Shown: positions 1-8,021 of the stretch, one piece after another
How the letters are laid out: each line of letters opens with the position of its first letter
How positions within the stretch are numbered: position 1 is the stretch's first letter
Source: a virus
Taxonomy: Duplodnaviria; Caudoviricetes
Virus record (IMG/VR): IMGVR_UViG_3300010403_000051
Span: 1-24,219 of that record
DNA length: 24,219 nt
Direction: 5' to 3' (one strand)
The notes under the pieces: model-generated
Seen by the model: the letters and a program-made list of their open reading frames with translations, nothing else
Database searches by the model: none
What the model was told of the DNA's origin: nothing
Made by a program: the position numbers and the translations under genes

Positions 1-44
1 AGGGCGGCGATGAGCGCGGCCAGAATCCACCGTCCATAGGTCAT
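1..44 (-). CDS. 5' end of a hypothetical secreted/membrane protein (MTYGRWILAALIAA...), truncated by the window edge
   Basis: ATG at 44-42 preceded by AGAAGGA; hydrophobic signal-like N-terminus. Confidence 0.5.
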   Translation of the reverse strand, partial: MTYGRWILAALIAA

Positions 45-96
45 TTGGTTTTGTCCTTCTCTTGGCGTTCCTGCGTCATCGGATCGATCCTGGAAG

Positions 97-192
97 TCAA
101 AGAAATGACAGGAGATCAGTCGCGAGTCCCACCGCCTGACGTGCGAGGTGCTCATCGATCTCCGCGTAAAACACGACGTGGCTGGTTCCCAT
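97..192 (-). CDS. Small hypothetical protein, 31 aa (MGTSHVVFYAEIDEHLARQAVGLATDLLSFL)
   Basis: GGAG RBS just after the methyltransferase stop, then ATG; translated by hand. Confidence 0.4.
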   Translation of the reverse strand: MGTSHVVFYAEIDEHLARQAVGLATDLLSFL

Positions 193-206
193 CGATGTGA
201 GTCTCC

Positions 207-1229
207 CTAACTCGCGGCTTCTGTCGCAAAGAGCGGCGCGGCAGTCCCAATCCGCCGGCGGGCCAGCTCCGCATACGCCGGATTCAGTTCAATCCCGACA
301 AACGACCGCCCGCACTGAATCGCTACCTGGCCAGTGGTGCCGCTGCCGCAGAACGGATCGAGCACGGTATTACCGAGTCTCGAGCCAGCCTTGATACAGC
401 GTTCAGGAATCGCTTCTGGGAACGTGGCAAAGTGCGCCTCGGGATACTGAGCCGGCGCGAATGACCATACGCTCCGGCAATTCGAACCGCCCATCCGCTG
501 CTCATCCTTCGGCATCGCGTCCCACCGGTCATTAAATCCTGCGTGGCGGCGTCCGTGGCCGCGCTGCTTGTCGCAGATGCGCCGCTTCACATCGCTGGCG
601 TTCTGCGCGCCAGTGCCCGCGTACGCCTTGCGCGCCTTGCCGTCGTAGCCGTCGCTGAATTCGCGGAGCGTTGAAGCCGCATACATCTCGCGGATGGCGG
701 GCGCGTCGTAGAAGTACCGCCGCCGCTTCGACAGCAGGAAGATGTATTCGTGCGCCTTCGTCGGCCGGTCCTGCACTGATTCAGGCATCGGGTTTGGTTT
801 CGACCAAATGATGTCAGCGCGGAGATACCACCCATCGGCGCGGAGGGCGAACGCCACCATCCACGGAATCCCCACCAGGTCTTTCGGCTTCAGCCCCGGC
901 ACGGATACATCCTGTGGTCGCAGGCCGTGCCGGCGAGCCGGCTGTTTCGGATCAATGCCATGCGCCTGCCCCTTCGCGTTCTGGTAGGAGTCGCCAAGGT
1001 TCAACCACAACGTGCCGTCAGCGCGAAGCGTGCGGCGGACGGAGGCGAATACATCGACCATCGCGGCGACGTACGCCGCCGGCGTCTGCTCGACGCCGAG
1101 CTGCCCGCGCGTGCCGTAATCGCGCAGACCCCAATACGGCGGCGACGTGACGCAGCACTGCACGGAGCCGTCCGGCAATTCAGCCAGCTTCTCGCGCACG
1201 TCACCGACGATCACCCGCCACTCCGTCAA
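207..1229 (-). CDS. DNA methyltransferase, N4-cytosine/N6-adenine, beta class (N6_N4_Mtase)
   Basis: Catalytic motif TSPPY near the N-terminus, SAM-binding DPFCGSGTT near the C-terminus, HFATFP and IIWSKPNPMPES motifs; TTG start with GGAGG RBS. Confidence 0.95.
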   Translation of the reverse strand: MTEWRVIVGDVREKLAELPDGSVQCCVTSPPYWGLRDYGTRGQLGVEQTPAAYVAAMVDVFASVRRTLRADGTLWLNLGDSYQNAKGQAHGIDPKQPARRHGLRPQDVSVPGLKPKDLVGIPWMVAFALRADGWYLRADIIWSKPNPMPESVQDRPTKAHEYIFLLSKRRRYFYDAPAIREMYAASTLREFSDGYDGKARKAYAGTGAQNASDVKRRICDKQRGHGRRHAGFNDRWDAMPKDEQRMGGSNCRSVWSFAPAQYPEAHFATFPEAIPERCIKAGSRLGNTVLDPFCGSGTTGQVAIQCGRSFVGIELNPAYAELARRRIGTAAPLFATEAAS

Positions 1230-1389
1230 CGTCCGTCCTCCGAATTACGTGCCACGAATCAGCTTTCTGATTACTGCGCGGTAGTTCCTGTCGCCACGAG
1301 TCACCACTGGGTACGCCCGCGCGCATCCTCTTCGTCGTTCTTCTTCCTCTGCCTGCTTCAGGAGACCTCTCCACTCGATGACTCCACGA

Positions 1390-1833
1390 TCACGCGGCTT
1401 CCCATCGCAGTTTCGTTTGCGTCGGATGCTTGTCCACTCGCGGCCGACTGGGCTTGTTCCATGATCCGCCCCCAGCCTCACCGACGCACCGATACCCAGC
1501 TCCTCGGAGGCTTGCGCCGCTCTCTGACGGCAGCGTGTAGGTCACGAGCCGCTTATAGCCAAGCGCGAATGCCGCACGCCTCGCGGCCCCGTAGAGCGCC
1601 GAACACGCGTCCTTACTGCCGTCTGTCGCCACGCGCGTAATCTCCAGTGTCAGCCCGTCGTCGAGATGCCGCGCCACGGGACGGCCGATGATGGCGACGC
1701 CGCGAATCTCCCGCGTGACGTCAGCGACGCCAAGCGAGAACCGATGGCCAACGACGCGCCCATGATGCCGATGGTGCTGCTGCACGAAGGCGTTGGCTTC
1801 GGCCAGCGGCAGCGGCACCACGTCGTATTTCAC
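1390..1833 (-). CDS. XF1762-family protein (GNAT-like, Mom-related)
   Basis: EANAFVQQHHRHH, GVAIIGRPVARHLDDGLTLEITRVATDG, ACSALYGAARRAA, ESGASLRGAG. GTG at 1833 is favoured because it overlaps the stop of the upstream mini-ORF; 1908 is an alternative start. Confidence 0.8.
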   Translation of the reverse strand: MKYDVVPLPLAEANAFVQQHHRHHGRVVGHRFSLGVADVTREIRGVAIIGRPVARHLDDGLTLEITRVATDGSKDACSALYGAARRAAFALGYKRLVTYTLPSESGASLRGAGYRCVGEAGGGSWNKPSRPRVDKHPTQTKLRWEAA

Positions 1834-1940
1834 AGACAATCCCCACTCGCCGACGTCGCCATGGCGAAACTGGACATCGGCTGCAATTGACTCGCCCTCG
1901 CTTGACACGTCGCCCGATCAGAGACGTATGCGCTGTTCAT
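1830..1940 (-). CDS. Small 36-aa ORF linking the endonuclease and XF1762 genes
   Basis: ATGA overlap with the upstream stop (1937-1940) and GTGA overlap with the downstream start (1830-1833); sequence uninformative. Confidence 0.35.
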   Translation of the reverse strand: MNSAYVSDRATCQARASQLQPMSSFAMATSASGDCL

Positions 1941-2368
1941 ACGATGCCCTTAATCGCCTGCTCGACGAGCGTCAACGCCGAGCCATCCGCGATCTGCTTC
2001 GGCGTCACCCGCAGCACTTTCCACCCGGCGAGCGTCGCCGTGTTGTACTTCTCCATGTCGTTGACCATCCCCGCGCCTCGTGAATGCCGCCCCGCCACGA
2101 ACACGCCCCCTTCCACCTCGAGCGCGACTGGCGGTTCGACCTTCGGCCACGCGTAATCGAATCGCCAGCGCCGCGGAGGGGCAAACCTGTACTCCGCAGT
2201 CGGCTCCGGCAAGGCGGCCAGCCGGCATTGAATCGCCAACGGGACTGCGGCTCTTTTCATTTCACGGGCCTGATGAGAGTCTCCCTCCGCCGTCTCCCCT
2301 GAGTCGGCCGGACCTGACACCCACTGCTCATGGCCGTCCTTGTTCTCCCACCAGGCCCAACTTGTCAC
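1937..2368 (-). CDS. PD-(D/E)XK endonuclease (DUF559/Vsr-like phage family)
   Basis: EYRFAPPRRWRFDYAWP...ALEVEGG...GRH...DMEKYNTA...GWKVLRVT; GTGA-coupled start. Confidence 0.85.
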   Translation of the reverse strand: MTSWAWWENKDGHEQWVSGPADSGETAEGDSHQAREMKRAAVPLAIQCRLAALPEPTAEYRFAPPRRWRFDYAWPKVEPPVALEVEGGVFVAGRHSRGAGMVNDMEKYNTATLAGWKVLRVTPKQIADGSALTLVEQAIKGIV

Positions 2369-2703
2369 GACGCGAGGTCATCGAGCGATGTGATGATCGG
2401 CTTGCCGATCGACACGGCGTACTCTCGTTCCTTGAGCGCACCGGCACTCGTCTCCCAGCGCGGCAACATCAGGACGTGGGTGCAGCGATCGATCACCGCG
2501 AGGTCGTAGTCGAGCCAGCGATCCCACGGCACATCCGACCACGCGGACGGAAAGGCACCCGACAGATGCGGGCAGAACACTGGGATCCCGCGCTTCAGCG
2601 CATCGAGAAACACACGCAGACCAGCGGCGACGTTCTCTTCGACGGTGAAGCCATGCTTCGCCGTCATCGGCCCGGAGAGGTAGACGAATACGTCTCGCCT
2701 CAC
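2365..2703 (-). CDS. DUF4406/DUF1937-like protein (nucleoside 2-deoxyribosyltransferase-like fold)
   Basis: VYLSGPMT, VFCPH, DLAVIDRCTHVLMLPRWETSAGALKEREYA...GKPI; GTG start overlaps the upstream TGA. Confidence 0.8.
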   Translation of the reverse strand: MRRDVFVYLSGPMTAKHGFTVEENVAAGLRVFLDALKRGIPVFCPHLSGAFPSAWSDVPWDRWLDYDLAVIDRCTHVLMLPRWETSAGALKEREYAVSIGKPIITSLDDLAS

Positions 2704-3215
2704 GTGCCCACCTTCTCCGGTGGCTGCGCGTACTTCGCATTTGCCTCGCGGCGTCGCCGCAGCGTTGGGTTCCACGATCGACAGGCACAGGGTTCGACCC
2801 ATTCGTGCGCCGCGTGCTCGAAGTCTCGGCCGCACGGCTCGACCGGACACGCCCGCGGGTGCCAGCCGCTGTCCCCGCACGTCGCACAGTCGAACCGCCA
2901 GAGCCTGGTAATCGGGATCCGGATGTCGATCCCGCTCGCCGGATTAGTCAGGACGAGCTCGCGTCCGCCGCCGACCAGGTCTTCGACGTGCGGCTCGGGC
3001 AGCGGCAGGGGCAGCGTGTTGACGGCGTCGCAATCGGCGCGCAACTCCGCCGGCGTCGGAAACCACTGCCGGGTCCGGATGGCGTGGTTCACGGCGCGGG
3101 AAAACAGATCGTCCGGCACGTCTTGGAGCGCCGCGAAATACTCGACCACGTCACCAGGGACGCCGCGCAGCACGCGCAACCGGTCGATCTGCTGGTCGCA
3201 ATGGGCCGCCGTCAC
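2700..3215 (-). CDS. Putative helicase loader/inhibitor-like replication protein with C-terminal Zn-binding region
   Basis: Directly after the initiator; AVNHAIRTRQWFPTPAELR resembles the G39P-type FPxPAEL motif; CATCGDSGW...CAC at the C-terminus. Confidence 0.6.
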   Translation of the reverse strand: MTAAHCDQQIDRLRVLRGVPGDVVEYFAALQDVPDDLFSRAVNHAIRTRQWFPTPAELRADCDAVNTLPLPLPEPHVEDLVGGGRELVLTNPASGIDIRIPITRLWRFDCATCGDSGWHPRACPVEPCGRDFEHAAHEWVEPCACRSWNPTLRRRREANAKYAQPPEKVGT

Positions 3216-3982
3216 GGCTTGGCCTTCCCCGCGCGGGCGGCTTCCAACTGCTGCCACTCGGCCAGCCGCGACGGCCACGGAGCCTTGCGCGCGGGCGCCG
3301 CCGCCGCTGGTAATTCCTGTCGCCAGCGTTCCTCCTCGAACCAGACGTCCATGCCCGGAATCATGCGGGGATTGGCCCACTGCTCAGACACAAGATGATT
3401 TTCCAGCGCTGCCATCAAGGCGGCGAACCCTCCCGCTAAGTCGAGCGCGCGCAAGAAGTTCTGCTCGACCAGCGGACCGCCTTTGCGCCGCGACCGCGGA
3501 TACGCGTCCCGAAATTCCGCAAACGCGACGTCGTTCTCTTTTTCTTTGAAAGAGCTTTGCAGTCTGCTATCTGCACTCTCCATTACGCGCGGGTTAAGCG
3601 GTGGGCTACCAGTGGCTTCGATCTGGCTTAGGGGTTGGGTTAGCCGGCCACCCTTCTTTCCGTTCTCCGACTGGCGCTGCCGAAAGGCAATCTGTTTGCG
3701 CCGCTCGTCCTCCAACCGCGCGTTGACGAGCCGGCCGTCGCGCTCGATGAAACAGGCCGAGAGGACGCCGCCCCACAGCTTCCGAAAGCGCGGCTCTGAA
3801 AGGCCGAGGATGCGGGCCAGGCCGCCCGGACTATTCGGGAGACTCCCGTCCAACCATTCGACCGACAGCAGCGTGATGTAGGCCCCGCGCTCGGTGAGAC
3901 TCATCGCCATCACTTTCGACGAAGACAGAAATTCCTTCGGGTAGAACTGAAAGGCCGGACTCGCTTTCTCCGCTTCCGCCAT
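3212..3982 (-). CDS. Phage replication initiator, DUF1376/YdaU family
   Basis: PAFQFYPKEFLSS...MSLTERGAYITLL..EWLDGSLP...GRLVNARL; C-terminal FAEFRDAYPR...WFEEERW domain. Confidence 0.88.
   Translation of the reverse strand: MAEAEKASPAFQFYPKEFLSSSKVMAMSLTERGAYITLLSVEWLDGSLPNSPGGLARILGLSEPRFRKLWGGVLSACFIERDGRLVNARLEDERRKQIAFRQRQSENGKKGGRLTQPLSQIEATGSPPLNPRVMESADSRLQSSFKEKENDVAFAEFRDAYPRSRRKGGPLVEQNFLRALDLAGGFAALMAALENHLVSEQWANPRMIPGMDVWFEEERWRQELPAAAAPARKAPWPSRLAEWQQLEAARAGKAKP
3534..3642. promoter_or_regulatory. Probable phage replication origin inside the initiator gene
   Basis: Degenerate KGGYTW hexamers at 3591, 3603, 3613, 3624 and 3637 (10-13 bp spacing) next to an AT-rich tract at 3534-3552, in the inter-domain linker, as in lambdoid O genes. 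Confidence 0.45.
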
Positions 3983-3997
3983 CAGTTGCCGCCTTTG

Positions 3998-4201
3998 CTA
4001 CGCCACGTACACCGAGTCCGCGCGCGGCCCTTTCGGCCCCTGCCCGGCTTCAAACTGCACCGTCTGCTGTTCTCGCAGGTCATCGAACCGCGCGCCTTTC
4101 ACGACCGATCGATGGAAGAAGAATTCTTCCCCCGTGTCGGGATTGCGCAGGAAGCCGAAGCCTTTCTCCGTGTAGAGCCGTTGAATCAAGCCGGTCGTCA
4201 T
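3998..4201 (-). CDS. Cold-shock domain protein (Csp family), 67 aa
   Basis: RNP1 KGFGFL, RNP2 EFFFHRS, C-terminal GPKGPRADSV. Confidence 0.93.
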   Translation of the reverse strand: MTTGLIQRLYTEKGFGFLRNPDTGEEFFFHRSVVKGARFDDLREQQTVQFEAGQGPKGPRADSVYVA

Positions 4202-4473
4202 CGCGTCGCCTCCGTCGTCACGTAGCGGTACCAGAGCAGGACGTAGGTGTCGGGTTCGATCAGTTGAATGGCCTCGACGTGCGCGTGGGGCATCCGCGCG
4301 ATCTCATTGAGCCGCGCCGCGCACGCGTCGTCCGTCGTCACGCGCTCGATGGCCCAGTGCTCATGCTGGACGCGCGGGTCGTCGTGCATCCGGCGATAGG
4401 CGGCATCGAGCGCGGCGGCGTCGGGATCGATCTCCGCGAGATGCTCCGTGTCGATCAGGGCCTGTTGTTTCAT
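4198..4473 (-). CDS. Hypothetical phage protein, 91 aa
   Basis: ATGA-coupled at both ends. Confidence 0.7.
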   Translation of the reverse strand: MKQQALIDTEHLAEIDPDAAALDAAYRRMHDDPRVQHEHWAIERVTTDDACAARLNEIARMPHAHVEAIQLIEPDTYVLLWYRYVTTEATR

Positions 4474-4625
4474 CGGTGCGGCTTCAGTAACTCGTCAAGT
4501 TCGCGCAACGCGCTCGCCTGCTGCACGCGTGGCACCCAGCGCATCACCCAACGAGCGAGCGCTACTTCGAGCGGCATCTTCTCTGGCGCTGGCGTCACGA
4601 CGTCGCCGAAGAGATTGCGATCCAT
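4470..4625 (-). CDS. Hypothetical protein, 51 aa (MDRNLFGDVVTPAPEKMPLEVALARWVMRWVPRVQQASALRELDELLKPHR)
   Basis: Not in the ORF track; TAATG overlap upstream and ATGA overlap downstream fill the gap exactly. Confidence 0.65.
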   Translation of the reverse strand: MDRNLFGDVVTPAPEKMPLEVALARWVMRWVPRVQQASALRELDELLKPHR

Positions 4626-4813
4626 TAGTCGCGCGCCATCCATCTGTCGCGTGGCCGAATGACAGCGTGCGGACCCTCATCAATGGCCGCTTCCAGATGG
4701 CAGGGATGAGTCGAGAGGCCCCACTGGGCGCTGCGCTCGAACCGCTCGATGTAGATCGGCCGGTCCTTCATCGGCAATCGCTGCAATTGCTCGATCAGGT
4801 CGTTGATGGTCAT
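4625..4813 (-). CDS. Hypothetical protein, 62 aa (MTINDLIEQLQRLP...)
   Basis: Common phage N-terminal pattern MTxxxLIExL; fits the coupled operon. Confidence 0.65.
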   Translation of the reverse strand: MTINDLIEQLQRLPMKDRPIYIERFERSAQWGLSTHPCHLEAAIDEGPHAVIRPRDRWMARD

Positions 4814-4814
4814 C

Positions 4815-4991
4815 TCACTTCGTCTTTCCGTTGCTTCGTTCCCGCGCATACGCGACGTGGATCATCAGATTCCAGAGCACCCGTTTCGCTTCTTTCAATT
4901 CGCATTTCGCTTCATGCCGTGGAATGTCCTCGCGGTCCGCGAGTGGCTGATGGCAATAGCAGCACCGGAATCGCGGCGGATCCGTTGGCAC
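4815..4991 (-). CDS. Small Zn-finger-like protein, 58 aa (MPTDPPRFRCCYCHQPLADREDIPRHEAKC...)
   Basis: Not in the ORF track; CxxC-x12-HxxxC pattern; fills the gap between neighbours exactly. Confidence 0.6.
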   Translation of the reverse strand: MPTDPPRFRCCYCHQPLADREDIPRHEAKCELKEAKRVLWNLMIHVAYARERSNGKTK

Positions 4992-4992
4992 C

Positions 4993-5310
4993 TCATTCCC
5001 GCTCGATCCTGTCTGTCACGCGCACTACATGACCCCTCGACCAATCCTGTGAGGCATGCTCGGCCAGATGGCAATCGGCGCAGAGCGGCTGAATGTTCGC
5101 CTTCACCGTGCGCAACTCCGGAGCTAATGACCGCGGCCTGATGTGATCGTGGTGAATGCCCGTGACCCACCGGCCGCACGTGGCGCACTCGACGTAGCCG
5201 TTCTCGCCGTGCTCACGATCAATCTCCGCACAGACAGCCCGATACACGCGCTGGCGTTTCGCACGCTTGGCGCGCCGCGCTCGCGCCGTCGGACCTGCTG
5301 GAGTCGCCAT
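4993..5310 (-). CDS. HNH endonuclease
   Basis: CATCG...HHDHIRPRS...NIQPLCADCHLAEH. Confidence 0.88.
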   Translation of the reverse strand: MATPAGPTARARRAKRAKRQRVYRAVCAEIDREHGENGYVECATCGRWVTGIHHDHIRPRSLAPELRTVKANIQPLCADCHLAEHASQDWSRGHVVRVTDRIERE

Positions 5311-5495
5311 TACAACCGTCTCTCCAAGAGCCGCTCGCAGATCTGATCGGCCGCGGTCTTGACCGCCGCATCCAGTGCCGCCTCGAGCCGTGCAATCTCC
5401 ACCAGCAGCACACGAATGTCGGCTGGTGTCGGGTCTGAGGCGCAGGGATGGCCGTGTGCGATGTGCTCCAGCCGTAAACGGTGAGCAGCCGTCAT
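5310..5495 (-). CDS. Hypothetical protein, 61 aa
   Basis: Coupled at both ends; DIRVLLVEIARLEA helical motif. Confidence 0.6.
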   Translation of the reverse strand: MTAAHRLRLEHIAHGHPCASDPTPADIRVLLVEIARLEAALDAAVKTAADQICERLLERRL

Positions 5496-5758
5496 GGCTC
5501 TCTCGCTTTCAACATGGCGTCGGCTTGCTCATACGACCACGCCGCAGCCTTCGCCGGGTTGTCGCGGCAATCGCTCACCAGCAGGAATCCGACGAGCGCT
5601 TGCCCGGCGAAGTAGTCACGCAGCGACATGCCGCTATGCCTCGCTTCGGCTGTGGCAAAGTTTCGCGGATCGTCTGGCTCAAACACACCCTCAGCGACAT
5701 ACCGCACACGCTTAGTTCGCTCGCACGGAAACGCGGGGCCGCCGTCAGGCTCAGTCAT
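5492..5758 (-). CDS. Conserved phage protein (GGPAFP...GMSLRDYFA family)
   Basis: DGGPAFP, GMSLRDYFAGQAL, YEQADAMLKAR motifs; ATG at 5758 overlaps the upstream stop. Confidence 0.85.
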   Translation of the reverse strand: MTEPDGGPAFPCERTKRVRYVAEGVFEPDDPRNFATAEARHSGMSLRDYFAGQALVGFLLVSDCRDNPAKAAAWSYEQADAMLKAREP

Positions 5759-5952
5759 GCGACGGCCACGCTCGGGAAATCGACATCGATATTGGTGAGC
5801 GTCAGGCCCATCGCGACCGCCCGCGTCCGGCAGCTGCCGCACAGACACCACTCCTCGTCGCGTCGGCCGTCCGCCTCCGGACGCACCCAGATGCAGTCGT
5901 CCTTCGCCTTGCCGCAGCGGTCACAGATCGCTTTCCGATAGACGGCCGGCAT
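5755..5952 (-). CDS. Small Zn-binding hypothetical protein, 65 aa
   Basis: CDRC...CLCGSC; coupled at both ends. Confidence 0.6.
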   Translation of the reverse strand: MPAVYRKAICDRCGKAKDDCIWVRPEADGRRDEEWCLCGSCRTRAVAMGLTLTNIDVDFPSVAVA

Positions 5953-6611
5953 CAGAAGGCCCCAGCCAATTCGACCTGCCGCGCATCCAACGCGTCCTTG
6001 AGCCCCTTGGCCGTCACGTAGGCATCGAAGTCACGCACCAACCGCTCGCAGTCCTGCCGCATCCCAGCGTAGGGATACAGCGTGAACGTCTCGATGCTGT
6101 TGAGGCTGATGACGTTGTTGGTGGCTTCGTGCAAGCAGTACACCTGGTAGGTGAGCGCCTTCGCTTGGAAGGTATCGAGCAGGTAACGCCACTGACAACT
6201 CGCTGCATACTTGTCAAAGTCGAACGACGACAGCCGCGCCTTCGTCTCGATGATTTGCGCCCCCACCAGTTGATCTGCCTTCGTGACCACGTCGTGTCCG
6301 GCGTAGACGCCCACCGCCTTGGGTTCGAACACGGCGTGCGCGCGGTCGATCAATGCGAGCGCCGGATCCATCACGTCATCGTCCAGCTCGATGACGTCCG
6401 TCGTGCCACGCGGGGTCACGCGATAGCCACCGGATACCTTGAAACGTTCCGGGTCGCGCAGGACAAGACCGAAGGCTTGGCCAATGTTCACTAAGTGATT
6501 CGGTGTCCACCGATTGCAGATGGTGTCGAGGAGTTCCGACTCTTCCATCCATTCCTGCTCGGGCTCCATGAACAGCCGGAAGGATTCGAGGACCGTGGTC
6601 GAGATCCTCAC
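5952..6611 (-). CDS. PD-(D/E)XK exonuclease-like recombination protein
   Basis: ISTTVLESF N-terminus, GQAFG, KAD...IIETK catalytic-type motif, QWRYLL; located next to the Sak4-like ATPase. Confidence 0.65.
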   Translation of the reverse strand: MRISTTVLESFRLFMEPEQEWMEESELLDTICNRWTPNHLVNIGQAFGLVLRDPERFKVSGGYRVTPRGTTDVIELDDDVMDPALALIDRAHAVFEPKAVGVYAGHDVVTKADQLVGAQIIETKARLSSFDFDKYAASCQWRYLLDTFQAKALTYQVYCLHEATNNVISLNSIETFTLYPYAGMRQDCERLVRDFDAYVTAKGLKDALDARQVELAGAF

Positions 6612-6862
6612 GGCCGATCACCCGCCACGATGACAAGGCCCTCCATCGTGGTGATGACCGTGATCAGCGCATCGGCCAAGGCCCGGGCGTACGCGACCGA
6701 CTCCGCATCGAATCCCGGCAGGAAGATGGACACGTCGGTGCCCAGGCGCAGCACGATGAAACGCTTGCCGCCGTCGGGCCCTTCGTTGGCCATCTGCCGC
6801 ATGACCGCCTCCGGCTGCGCGTCCTTCGCGTCGTAGAGGCCCACGCTCACGTTGACCGCCAT
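6608..6862 (-). CDS. Hypothetical protein, 84 aa
   Basis: Clean ORF with high GC3, coupled to the nuclease gene. Confidence 0.7.
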   Translation of the reverse strand: MAVNVSVGLYDAKDAQPEAVMRQMANEGPDGGKRFIVLRLGTDVSIFLPGFDAESVAYARALADALITVITTMEGLVIVAGDRP

Positions 6863-6865
6863 GAC

Positions 6866-7801
6866 CTACGCCCCCACCGCCGCCGGCTCCGCGGCCGTCT
6901 TCGGCGCCTTCACAAACGCTTTCTTCGCCGTGTCATAGGTCAGCCCGAGCGCTTTGGCCCGGTCCCGCAGGAGGCCCTTGACTGGCGCGACGATGAGCGG
7001 CTTGCCGACCGCGTTGATCGGCTCCACCAGCGCCGTGCATTCGTCCGCCTTCGAGCAGTTCTCGATCTTCGTGCGCCAGTCCGCGACCGCTGCCGTGATC
7101 GCCGCGCTCTCCTCGGAGATCGCCCCGAGCGCCATCCGCCCGTGGTCGAACAGGTCCGCCATAAACGTCTGCGCCTTCGCCACCGGCGGGACGACGAGCG
7201 GCTTCCACCCCGCCGGGTTCTTGCCGATCCACCGGTCCGTCGGGTTGAAATCGAGCACCCGCTCCCGCCCGTTCATGTAGCAGTAGCCGACGAAGTCGCT
7301 GACCTTCATGACTTCGGCGTAGCTGCCGCCGACGATCTCCGGTCGTACCACGCGCGTGTCGCCGTCCTTGTCTTCCTTGTCGTGCGCGATGAGCAGGACG
7401 TCCTTGCCTTTCGCGCGAAGGTTCGACATCCACGTCCGGAAGGTGTTCTTCAACTGCCCCCAGCCCTGCTGGCTGGGATTGCCGCCGGGGAACTTCTTCG
7501 GATCGGCCGACGCCAGGTGCGCGATCATCACGTCGAGACAGCGCCCGACGGTGTCGACCGTGAGCGAGGCGTAGGGCTCGAGCACGTCCGGTGACTCCAT
7601 CAACTCGATGACGTCGGCCCACTTGTCGATGACGAGCGTGTCTTTCCGGTTGGCCGCCCGGTGCGCGCCCTTGTCGAAGTCGAGCGTCAACCCATCCTTC
7701 GTCGAGTAGCCGAGCGAACTTTTACAGATGCCCGGCTGGCCGAAGATGAGGAACACGGGGTGCTCGACGGTGATGGGTTCGGTCGCCTTGATGATTTTCA
7801 T
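6866..7801 (-). CDS. Sak4-like AAA_24 ATPase / single-strand annealing protein
   Basis: Walker A-like GQPGICKS, LDFDKGAHR, Walker B LTVDTVG, LLIAHDKE, DFVGY, GKNPA; ATG with GGAGG RBS. Confidence 0.85.
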   Translation of the reverse strand: MKIIKATEPITVEHPVFLIFGQPGICKSSLGYSTKDGLTLDFDKGAHRAANRKDTLVIDKWADVIELMESPDVLEPYASLTVDTVGRCLDVMIAHLASADPKKFPGGNPSQQGWGQLKNTFRTWMSNLRAKGKDVLLIAHDKEDKDGDTRVVRPEIVGGSYAEVMKVSDFVGYCYMNGRERVLDFNPTDRWIGKNPAGWKPLVVPPVAKAQTFMADLFDHGRMALGAISEESAAITAAVADWRTKIENCSKADECTALVEPINAVGKPLIVAPVKGLLRDRAKALGLTYDTAKKAFVKAPKTAAEPAAVGA

Positions 7802-7989
7802 GAGCGACCTCCCTTGATCGCTTTCAGCGTGCGTGAGATCCGCAACGGCTCCGGCACCTCGCGCTCCGAGAGCGGCGGTGTCCCGTAGACCGTGCGCCAG
7901 ATGGCATTGCCAATCCGCAGTCCCGCCAGGAGGGGATCGTCGTCGTAGGGGATCACGGGGAGTGGTTTCGGTGTATCCTTGGGTGTCAC
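7798..7989 (-). CDS. Hypothetical protein, 63 aa
   Basis: GGAG RBS before GTG; stop overlaps the ATPase start. Confidence 0.6.
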   Translation of the reverse strand: MTPKDTPKPLPVIPYDDDPLLAGLRIGNAIWRTVYGTPPLSEREVPEPLRISRTLKAIKGGRS

Positions 7990-8021
7990 TGGTTCGACTC
8001 CATTTCTGAGTCCGCCAACAG

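Noticed and set aside
1937-2368. Endonuclease plus methyltransferase as a restriction-modification system
   Set aside because: The nuclease belongs to a common phage replication-region family and is separated from the methyltransferase by other genes; nothing supports a cognate pair.
2080-3549. 489-aa plus-strand ORF, and similar long plus-strand ORFs (e.g. 13361-14197, 18342-19406, 21231-22703)
   Set aside because: Antisense shadows of well-supported minus-strand genes; Arg/Pro/Ser-rich with no motifs, as expected in high-GC DNA.
7988-8017. tRNA T-loop-like GGTTCGACTCC followed by ...CGCCA (possible tRNA fragment or attP core)
   Set aside because: T-stem has a mismatch, spacing to CCA is 2 nt too long, no D or anticodon arm, it overlaps an RBS on the other strand, and GGTTCGA recurs by chance in this TCGA-rich sequence.
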